Below, one piece after another: positions 43,309 through 50,111 of a DNA stretch of 64,000 bases. Every line of letters begins with the position of its first letter. The stretch's first letter is position 1. The notes under the pieces are model-generated. The model had not been told where the DNA came from. It ran no database searches and worked only from the letters and a program-made list of their open reading frames with translations. The translations under genes and the position numbers were made by a program. This DNA is from an uncultured Pseudomonadota bacterium (GTDB lineage Bacteria; Pseudomonadota; Alphaproteobacteria; Rs-D84). The DNA lies in NCBI GenBank assembly GCA_902793005.1, contig CADBBQ010000002.1:131243-195242 (forward strand). Reading direction: 5' to 3'.

Positions 43309-43382
43309 AAATCTCTCCCTGGGGCTTTTGGGTATATTTTATCATATTTTGGCGTGGTTTCAAAATTCAAACTTCAAGATTA

Positions 43383-43411
43383 TTGACTTTTGGGACTTTT
43401 TGTTTTACTAT
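43383..43411 (+). promoter_or_regulatory. sigma70-type promoter for the Thr-rich mini-ORF
   Basis: TTGACT (43383-43388), a 17-nt spacer, then TACTAT (43406-43411). ATG 43419 is the 8th nt downstream. Confidence 0.4.
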
Positions 43412-43418
43412 ATAAGGT

Positions 43419-43481
43419 ATGATTTTTAGAAATTTCATTTTCACAACCACGACAACCACAACCCCTGTGGGGGTGCGGTAA
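43419..43481 (+). CDS. candidate leader peptide MIFRNFIFTTTTTTTPVGVR (7 consecutive Thr codons)
   Basis: ATG ATT TTT AGA AAT TTC ATT TTC ACA ACC ACG ACA ACC ACA ACC CCT GTG GGG GTG CGG TAA, lying 89 nt upstream of thrS. Confidence 0.4.
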   Translation: MIFRNFIFTTTTTTTPVGVR

Positions 43482-43487
43482 TTTTAT

Positions 43488-43516
43488 TTGCACATATGTT
43501 TTGTGCGTATTATAAT
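43488..43516 (+). promoter_or_regulatory. near-consensus sigma70 promoter proximal to thrS
   Basis: TTGCAC (43488-43493), a 17-nt spacer, then TATAAT (43511-43516). Confidence 0.45.
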
Positions 43517-43569
43517 CTAAATCAATTTCAAATTTAAAAAACAAATATATATAAAAAAGGTTAGTTGTT

Positions 43570-45297
43570 ATGTCTTATCCAATTGAAACGGTTCGTCATT
43601 CGTTGGCACACGTTATGGCGGCGGCGGTGAAAAAATTACATCCGGAAATTAAATTTGCGGGGGGGCCGGCTATTGAAAACGGGTTCTATTATGATTTTGA
43701 TACAGATTACAGATTTTCCGAGGATGATTTTGAAAAAATCGAACGGGAAATGCGGGAACTGATTAAATCAAATGGTCGATTCGAACAAAGAATTGTGAGT
43801 CTGGACGAGGCCAAGGAATTATTTCACGACCAACCATATAAAATGGAATGGTTAAACGAATATAATGCCGCAGGCGAGGCTTTGTCTATTTATACTTTCC
43901 GTGACTTTACGGATTTGTGTCGTGGACCACACGTGGAATCATCAAAAGATTTGCCACGCGACGGTTTCAAAATTCGCGCGGTTGCCGGTGCATATTGGAA
44001 GGGCGATTCTAAAAATAAAATGCTGCAAAGAATTTATGTTGATGCATTTGCCAGCAAAGATGAATTGGATGCGTTTTTAAAAATGCAGGAAGAGGCCGCA
44101 AAACGCGATAATCGTAAATTGGGACGTGAAATGGATTTGTTCCATTTCGAACCGGAATTTGCCCCGGGGGCGGTGTTCTGGCACGACAAGGGGTATAAAA
44201 TTTATCGTCGTTTGATTGAATATATGCGTGCCCGTCAAGAACGCGCCGGCTATGTCGAGGTTTGCACCCCCGGTGTTATGGATCGGTCTTTGTGGGAAAC
44301 ATCCGGACATTGGGAAAAATATGGTGCGCATAATTATTCGGGTAAAACCGAAGACGGTCGTATGTTCTGTATCAAACCAATGAATTGCCCGGGCGGTGTG
44401 TTGATTTATCGTAATGAATTGCGTTCGTATCGTGATTTGCCATTGCGTATGGCTGAATTTGGCAAGGTCAATCGTTACGAAGCATCGGGTTCTTTGATGG
44501 GATTGATGCGTGTGCGTGAATTTACCCAAGATGATGCGCATATTTTCTGTGCCCCAGAACAGATGGAGGCCGAATGCATCGATACATTAAAACTGATTTT
44601 GGATATTTACAAAACCTTTGGTTTTAATGAAGTAAAGATTTATCTGTCCACGCGGCCTGAAAAACGCATTGGGTCGGATGAAATTTGGGATTTGTGCGAA
44701 AAATCGTTGGCAAATGCGTTGACGGCACACGGATATTCATTTGAAATAAATCCGGGCGAGGGCGCATTTTATGGACCGAAATTGGAATTTATTTTGCGTG
44801 ACGCAATTGGGCGTGAATGGCAATGTGGAACTATTCAGGTCGATATGAATTTGCCGGAACGATTCGATATTTCTTATATCGGCGAAGATGGTGAAAAACA
44901 TCGCCCTGTGATGTTGCATCGTGCGTTGTTTGGTTCAATTGAACGGTTTATGGGTATATTATTGGAAAATCACGCGGGTAATTTGCCGCTGTGGTTGTCG
45001 CCGGAACCGGTCGTTGTGGTGCCTGTGTCCGAAAAATATCGCGAATATGCGGACAAAATCGTTGCCGATTTGCGTGCGGCGGGTATTTATGCTCGTGCCG
45101 ATTTGCGTGATGAAAAGGTCAATTACAAGATTCGTGAATTGTCATTGGCAAAAACGCCAATCATCGCCGTTGTTGGTGAAAAAGAACAGGCGGATAAATC
45201 GGTCACTTTGCGTCGGTTGGGTGTCGAACAACAAGAAGTCATATCATTGGATGCGTTTATAAATCAAATGATTGATGCGGTTAAGATGCCTTTGTAA
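43570..45297 (+). CDS. thrS: threonine--tRNA ligase (no N-terminal TGS domain)
   Basis: The protein starts directly in the editing/second-additional domain (VRHSLAHVMAAAVKKLHPEIKFAGGPAIENGFYYDFD). Class II core FRDFTDLCRGPH and RVREFTQDDAHIF. 575 aa. Confidence 0.95.
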   Translation: MSYPIETVRHSLAHVMAAAVKKLHPEIKFAGGPAIENGFYYDFDTDYRFSEDDFEKIEREMRELIKSNGRFEQRIVSLDEAKELFHDQPYKMEWLNEYNAAGEALSIYTFRDFTDLCRGPHVESSKDLPRDGFKIRAVAGAYWKGDSKNKMLQRIYVDAFASKDELDAFLKMQEEAAKRDNRKLGREMDLFHFEPEFAPGAVFWHDKGYKIYRRLIEYMRARQERAGYVEVCTPGVMDRSLWETSGHWEKYGAHNYSGKTEDGRMFCIKPMNCPGGVLIYRNELRSYRDLPLRMAEFGKVNRYEASGSLMGLMRVREFTQDDAHIFCAPEQMEAECIDTLKLILDIYKTFGFNEVKIYLSTRPEKRIGSDEIWDLCEKSLANALTAHGYSFEINPGEGAFYGPKLEFILRDAIGREWQCGTIQVDMNLPERFDISYIGEDGEKHRPVMLHRALFGSIERFMGILLENHAGNLPLWLSPEPVVVVPVSEKYREYADKIVADLRAAGIYARADLRDEKVNYKIRELSLAKTPIIAVVGEKEQADKSVTLRRLGVEQQEVISLDAFINQMIDAVKMPL

Positions 45298-45354
45298 AAA
45301 AAACATATTGCCCCAGGATGTAGCCTGGGGCATAATGTTGTAAAAGGATATTGT

Positions 45355-45495
45355 ATGAAGAAAAAAATATTTTTATGTTGTGCGGTTTTGCTGTGTTCTG
45401 CGCTGGCGGGGTGCTGTAATTGCGAGGTTGAACCGATTGTTGAACAAAATCATAAATTGATTGTGCCACCAAATTTTGGAAATATGCCGAAATAA
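45355..45495 (+). CDS. 46-aa lipoprotein
   Basis: ATG follows AAAGGA. The product is MKKKIFLCCAVLLCSALAGCCNCEVEPIVEQNHKLIVPPNFGNMPK with lipobox LAGC. It is too short for the ORF track. Confidence 0.5.
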   Translation: MKKKIFLCCAVLLCSALAGCCNCEVEPIVEQNHKLIVPPNFGNMPK

Positions 45496-45528
45496 TTTTG
45501 GTTGTGATTTGGAATAATACATTTTTTG

Positions 45529-45537
45529 TGATATAAT
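45529..45537 (+). promoter_or_regulatory. extended -10 promoter TGaTATAAT
   Basis: It lies 35 nt upstream of ATG 45572. Confidence 0.45.
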
Positions 45538-45571
45538 ATCCCTTGGTAAGCAATTTACAAGGGAGTTTTTT

Positions 45572-46396
45572 ATGAACGACGAAAACACAAATTTGGATTT
45601 ATTGGATTTAGACGGTGATGCATCGGATTCTTTGCCCGAGGTTGCATTTGCGACCCCGCGTCCGAAAAAGCCGTGGTTGCTGTTGGGAATCGGTTTGGTT
45701 GTGATTGCATTGGCAACATATATTATCGTCAAAACCGTTAGTGGACCTTCGTCGTCATCGGTCGAAATTGATTTGGATGGTGAACCGTCTGTTGTTGTTG
45801 ATGGTGGGGATGCGCCAGTCGTGGATGTAAATCCGCAACCGTTGCCAGTGCCAAGTGCGGCACCGGTGCCTCAACCGGTTGTTGTACAGCCGCAACCAGA
45901 AACGCGTCCAATGCCGGATGTTAAACCGGAACCTGTGGCGCAACCGGCGGCGGATGTTGATTCAAATGTGCGTGTCGTTTCCGACAGACGCGATGTCGTG
46001 TTTGACCCAAATAAAGCGTCGGTGGATGTAAAGCCGGTCGCGAAACCTGCGCCAAAGGCGGCGGCGAAACCGGCGGCGAAACCGGTGGCAAAGCCTGCGC
46101 AAAAACCGGTCGCCAAATCACAACCCAAAAAAGTTGAGAAAACCGCTGGGGCTGCAACTTGGTATGTTCAGTTTGGTTCGTACGCAACGCGTGATGCGGC
46201 AAATGCCGCCGGTGCAAAAATGCGTGCCGCACACAGCAGTTTATTCAGTGGTAAACAATTTGTCGTTTTGGCATCTGTTTTAAAAGATGGACGCACAACA
46301 TATAGATTGCGTGTCGCGTTTAATAACAGTAATGACGCAAATGGTTTTTGTCGTAATGCCAAATCAGATGGTTTGGATTGCTATGTTGCCAAATAA
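45572..46396 (+). CDS. SPOR-domain protein
   Basis: One TM segment and a Pro/Ala/Lys-rich linker (AKPAAKPVAKPAQKPVAK). The C-terminal SPOR-like domain is WYVQFGSYATRDAANAAGAKM...YRLRVAFNNSNDANGFC. Confidence 0.8.
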   Translation: MNDENTNLDLLDLDGDASDSLPEVAFATPRPKKPWLLLGIGLVVIALATYIIVKTVSGPSSSSVEIDLDGEPSVVVDGGDAPVVDVNPQPLPVPSAAPVPQPVVVQPQPETRPMPDVKPEPVAQPAADVDSNVRVVSDRRDVVFDPNKASVDVKPVAKPAPKAAAKPAAKPVAKPAQKPVAKSQPKKVEKTAGAATWYVQFGSYATRDAANAAGAKMRAAHSSLFSGKQFVVLASVLKDGRTTYRLRVAFNNSNDANGFCRNAKSDGLDCYVAK

Positions 46397-46408
46397 AGGG
46401 GGCGTAAA

Positions 46409-46630
46409 ATGAGATTGGGTTGGATGGAAATTCTGGTTATTGTTATTTTGTTGGTCATATTGTTTGGACATCGTGCAATACCGGCAATGATGAAAAACGT
46501 GGCGGATGGGATAAATGTCTTTAAAAAAGAGATAAAAAATACCGATAAAAAAGACGACACAAATGTTAAACGCAAATCGGTGAAAAAAAGCGTAAAATCA
46601 AAAACATCTGGAAAAGTCAAGAATAAATAA
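46409..46630 (+). CDS. tatA: twin-arginine translocase subunit TatA/E
   Basis: GWMEILVIVILLVILFGHRAIPAMMKNVADGINVFKKE. Confidence 0.85.
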   Translation: MRLGWMEILVIVILLVILFGHRAIPAMMKNVADGINVFKKEIKNTDKKDDTNVKRKSVKKSVKSKTSGKVKNK

Positions 46631-46632
46631 TA

Positions 46633-46660
46633 AAAATAGCATTTTTGTGCTTGATTCAGT
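46633..46660. repeat. fragment of REP-like element (left arm only)
   Basis: AAAAATAGCATTTTTGTGCTTGATTCAG compares with the E2 left arm AAAATAG...GGCATATCTGCTTGATTCCGG. Confidence 0.4.
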
Positions 46661-46704
46661 TTCATAATTTTTACTACCCTTATGGTAAGGGGAAAAAGTA
46701 GATT

Positions 46705-47037
46705 ATGAGACTGAGAGCAACAATTCTCAAATTTTTGTTGTTTTCTTGCGTATTCTGTTGCGTCGCAAATGTGGCGATGGCCGACACTACGAAGCTGGCT
46801 TCCGTTGGTTTTGTTGAAGGAACAATCAAACGTGATACCGATGGTAGCGTGCGTATCAATAATTCTGCTGGTTCTCCTGTAACTCTGTCTCAAAATCCCC
46901 AAACATCTGGTAGTACAATGCAAACAACCTCTAATAAAGAGGTGCCTACTATTGGATGGACAGATGCAAACAGAACATCCAAGGTGAAAACCGGAACGGG
47001 CGCAAATGCTCAACTGGTTGATATGTGGATTGAATAA
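46705..47037 (+). CDS. small secreted protein with atypical codon usage
   Basis: Signal peptide ...FSCVFCCVANVAMA. Ser is TCT/TCC/AGY (no TCG), Arg is AGA x3 and Leu is CTG x4, which contrasts with neighbouring genes. Confidence 0.6.
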   Translation: MRLRATILKFLLFSCVFCCVANVAMADTTKLASVGFVEGTIKRDTDGSVRINNSAGSPVTLSQNPQTSGSTMQTTSNKEVPTIGWTDANRTSKVKTGTGANAQLVDMWIE

Positions 47038-47041
47038 ATCT

Positions 47042-47069
47042 GCACCCTTGGGTGTTCTGTTTCTTTTTT
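47042..47069 (+). terminator. weak rho-independent terminator
   Basis: CACCC TT GGGTG followed by the T-rich stretch TTCTGTTTCTTTTTT. Confidence 0.45.
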
Positions 47070-47073
47070 ATAT

Positions 47074-47102
47074 AAAAAACCCGGGCAATTAATATTCCCG
47101 AG
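47074..47102 (-). terminator. rho-independent terminator of dksA
   Basis: The minus strand reads CTCGGG-loop-CCCGGG followed by T6. Confidence 0.6.
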
Positions 47103-47128
47103 TCTTGTTGTTACATATTATATGTGAT

Positions 47129-47557
47129 TTATTTGTTTGCTTCGTATTCTTCTTGTTCTTCGACGGTCATTGTGGCCAATGGACGTGCCAACAGGCGTGG
47201 TATCCCAATTGGTTCGCCGGATATAACACTGAATCCGAATTTACCGTTTTCCAACCGTTCCAATGCCGCATTTATTTTCTTTAATAAATTGTTATCGCGT
47301 TCAGACATACGCAGGTTCATATTTAATGCCTGGGCAGCGGATGCGTTATCGGCATCGTCGCCGACACCCGTCGCATCGCCAGAATCGCCATTGCGGACGG
47401 CGTTTAATGTGTCGGTTTTACCATCGGTTAATTCTTGTTTCTGGGCCATTAAAATTTGATAAAAATAAGCCTGTTGTTCCGGGCACATATAAGGCTCGGA
47501 TTTTTTGGGCGTATATTTTGCCGGCAGTTCCAGAGTTTTATAATCTTGTTTTGCCAT
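47129..47557 (-). CDS. dksA: RNA polymerase-binding regulator DksA (no zinc-finger cysteines)
   Basis: The start is taken at MAKQDYK (ATG 47557, after AAAGGGGG). The coiled-coil tip has DDADNAS. The C-terminal FGFSVISGEPIGIPRLLARPLATMTVEEQ aligns with [29 protein letters not shown]. Confidence 0.85.
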   Translation of the reverse strand: MAKQDYKTLELPAKYTPKKSEPYMCPEQQAYFYQILMAQKQELTDGKTDTLNAVRNGDSGDATGVGDDADNASAAQALNMNLRMSERDNNLLKKINAALERLENGKFGFSVISGEPIGIPRLLARPLATMTVEEQEEYEANK

Positions 47558-47591
47558 ATTATTCCCCCTTTGGGATGTGTGGTGTAAATGG

Positions 47592-47915
47592 TTATTTTGC
47601 GGATTGTAATTCGTGTATCCACGCAATAACGGTTTCTTCGTCCATTAATCCGGTGCGGGCTTCTATTAAATTGCCGTCACGAAATGCCAGGACGCTGGGG
47701 ATGCTGCGGATGCCAAATTTTGTTGGTGTTGCACGATTTGTTTCATCGATTTCAAATTTAACAAAATTTACATCAGAGACCTGGTTTGATACGGATTCGA
47801 AAATCGGCCCAAACATACGGCACGGACCACACCAGGTTGCCCAAAAATCCACCAATGTCAAGCCTTTTGCGATTGTATCATTGAAATTTGTATCATTTGC
47901 ATATTGTAATGCCAT
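47592..47915 (-). CDS. trxA: thioredoxin
   Basis: VDFWATWCGPCRMFGP active site. 107 aa. Confidence 0.95.
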   Translation of the reverse strand: MALQYANDTNFNDTIAKGLTLVDFWATWCGPCRMFGPIFESVSNQVSDVNFVKFEIDETNRATPTKFGIRSIPSVLAFRDGNLIEARTGLMDEETVIAWIHELQSAK

Positions 47916-47995
47916 TGCTTTTTCTCCTTTATAGAATAGTTGATATTCGGTTTGAGTGTATTATAATATTGGTGAAATGCAAGGTTTTTTGTAAT

Positions 47996-49105
47996 ATGAA
48001 AGATGTCGTATATTTTGATGCCGCCGCCAGTTTTTTAAAACCGGAATCTGTGATTGCGGCCCAGGTGGATTTTTTGCGTCGTGGTTATGCAAATGCCGGT
48101 CGGGGGGTGTGCGCACGTGCGGGTGCGGTTGATGATATGGTTGCGCGTTCGCGTCGCCGGGTTGCTGATTTTATAAACGCAGATATCGCCCAGGTTGTGT
48201 TTACATCAAATGCAACCGATGGGTTGAACAGGATTGTGAATATTATATTGAACAGGTTTGATAAAATATCGACGGTTGCGGTGTCTGATTTGGACCATCA
48301 TTCGGCGCGGTTGCCGTGGGTGGAATTGGTGGCACGCGGCAAAATTCGCAAAATCGAAAAATGTGAATTGGATGAAAATTTTAATATAAATCCTAATTCT
48401 GTGCCAAAATCAGATGTTTTAATTATAACGGCAATGTCAAATGTTTTGGGTGTGGCTCAAGATGTCTCGGCAATTATTCGTATCGCCCGTCGTAAAAATC
48501 CAAATGTGATAACTGTGGTGGATGCAACACAATATATTGTGCATAATAATATAGATGTAAAAAAATGGGATTGTGATTTTTTGGTTGCGTCGGGACATAA
48601 AATTGGTGCGGATACCGGTGTTGGTATTTTATATATTCGCGATACGGATAAATATATGCCGGATAAATTTGGTGGCGGTATGGTAATGCGTGTCGATGAT
48701 GATGAAATTGTTTTGAATAAATCGCCCGATAAATTCGAGGCTGGCACATTACCGTTGACACAAATTTGCGGGCTGTCGGTCGCAATTGATGAATTAGAAT
48801 CGCATCGTCCTGATTTAAATTTAATTAAATATATGTATGATGAATTGAAAAAAAATCCGCGTATTAAAATGTTATCTTCACGGGATGCGGCATTGTTGAC
48901 CTTTGTTATTGATGGTATGCATCCGTTGGATTTTGGGGCGTATGTCGGGGCAAATGATATTTGCTTGCGTGTGGGAAATATGTGTGCATCGTGGATTTGT
49001 CGGGCGTTGGGTTTTGATGGGGTAATACGCGTATCGGTTGGACCGTGGAATACAATCGCAGATGCAGATAAATTTATATCTGTGGTTAAAAAAATAGTGA
49101 AATAA
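47996..49105 (+). CDS. sufS: cysteine desulfurase (SufS/CsdA-like, class V aminotransferase)
   Basis: The start is taken at MKDVVYFDAAAS (ATG 47996). PLP lysine in LVASGHKIGADTG and catalytic Cys in RVGNMCASW. Confidence 0.8.
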   Translation: MKDVVYFDAAASFLKPESVIAAQVDFLRRGYANAGRGVCARAGAVDDMVARSRRRVADFINADIAQVVFTSNATDGLNRIVNIILNRFDKISTVAVSDLDHHSARLPWVELVARGKIRKIEKCELDENFNINPNSVPKSDVLIITAMSNVLGVAQDVSAIIRIARRKNPNVITVVDATQYIVHNNIDVKKWDCDFLVASGHKIGADTGVGILYIRDTDKYMPDKFGGGMVMRVDDDEIVLNKSPDKFEAGTLPLTQICGLSVAIDELESHRPDLNLIKYMYDELKKNPRIKMLSSRDAALLTFVIDGMHPLDFGAYVGANDICLRVGNMCASWICRALGFDGVIRVSVGPWNTIADADKFISVVKKIVK

Positions 49106-49106
49106 A

Positions 49107-49421
49107 ATGTCTGAAATCAAAGAAGATATTATTAGTGCATTAAAGACCGTTTTTGACCCGGAAATCCCTGTAAACATTTGGGATATGGGGTTGGTATATG
49201 ATATTAAAATCGATGGTAAAAATGTCACAATTACAATGACATTGACCAGTCCCACGTGTCCTATGATGGATGAATTGATGGCTCAGGTTAAAAATGCCGT
49301 GTTGGGTGTTGCGGGGGTTGAAAATGTTGATGTGAATTTGGTGTGGGAACCGGCGTGGGATTTATCCCGGATGAGTGATGCCGCCCGTATCGAATTAGAT
49401 TTAACAACAAATGGATGGTGA
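49107..49421 (+). CDS. DUF59 / SufT-like Fe-S assembly protein
   Basis: FDPEIPVNIWDMGLVYDI...ITMTLTSPTCPM. Confidence 0.8.
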   Translation: MSEIKEDIISALKTVFDPEIPVNIWDMGLVYDIKIDGKNVTITMTLTSPTCPMMDELMAQVKNAVLGVAGVENVDVNLVWEPAWDLSRMSDAARIELDLTTNGW

Positions 49422-49425
49422 TTTT

Positions 49426-49788
49426 ATGACATATGCCCAGATGAAAAATTTATTGTCGTTGTTGGAAAATCCGGCTGATAAATTAGAGGCCGTTATGGAT
49501 TTTGGTGCGCATATGTCGCCGGTGCCGGATGGGGCATTGTGTCACCAAATCGCGGGTTGTTCGTCGCGTGTTGAAATTTGTCGTATGGGAAATAATTTTT
49601 ATGGGACAGCTGATTCGGGATTGGTGCGTGGAATTGTTGCGATTTTAATTGCAATGGTTGATGGCAAGACGCCGGATGAAATTAAAAAAATGGATTTATT
49701 GTCCGAGTTTTCTTCGTTAAATTTGACTTTGGGTGCCGCCAGAATTAACGGGTTAAATTCTATGATTAGTTTTTTGCAAAATTTATGA
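49426..49788 (+). CDS. sufE: SufE-like sulfur acceptor
   Basis: KLEAVMDFG...IAGCSSRVEI carries the conserved Cys loop, and the protein ends with GLNSMISFLQN. Confidence 0.8.
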   Translation: MTYAQMKNLLSLLENPADKLEAVMDFGAHMSPVPDGALCHQIAGCSSRVEICRMGNNFYGTADSGLVRGIVAILIAMVDGKTPDEIKKMDLLSEFSSLNLTLGAARINGLNSMISFLQNL

Positions 49789-49811
49789 TAGAATATGTCT
49801 GGTAATGATGG

Positions 49812-50108
49812 ATGACGGATATGAACGAAGAACAAAAAATGTTTAAGATTGGCGTTTGTTCGCTGATTGGGGTGATTTTCTTGATTGTCGGATTACAGGT
49901 GTGTTATCGCACACAGCATAAATCGTTGAAATTCACATACGATGAAATCGTGAAAACACAACAACAAATTGCGATAGAGCAGGCCAAGTTCGAATCTATG
50001 ACAAACAGTGAATATTTGTTAGGTATGGTTACGACCGTTAATCCAAATGTTGAAATTATCGGATTTAAAAAATATATCGAAATCGAGGCTTTGCCATTAA
50101 GGAAATAA
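49812..50108 (+). CDS. FtsL-like small bitopic cell-division protein
   Basis: One TM segment (IGVCSLIGVIFLIVGLQV) followed by a coiled-coil region, immediately upstream of ftsI. Confidence 0.5.
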   Translation: MTDMNEEQKMFKIGVCSLIGVIFLIVGLQVCYRTQHKSLKFTYDEIVKTQQQIAIEQAKFESMTNSEYLLGMVTTVNPNVEIIGFKKYIEIEALPLRK

Positions 50109-50111
50109 TAT

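Noticed and set aside
46409-46630. tatA separated by about 8.5 kb from tatBC as an anomaly
   Set aside because: Unlinked tatA/E copies are common. The sequence looks like an ordinary functional TatA.
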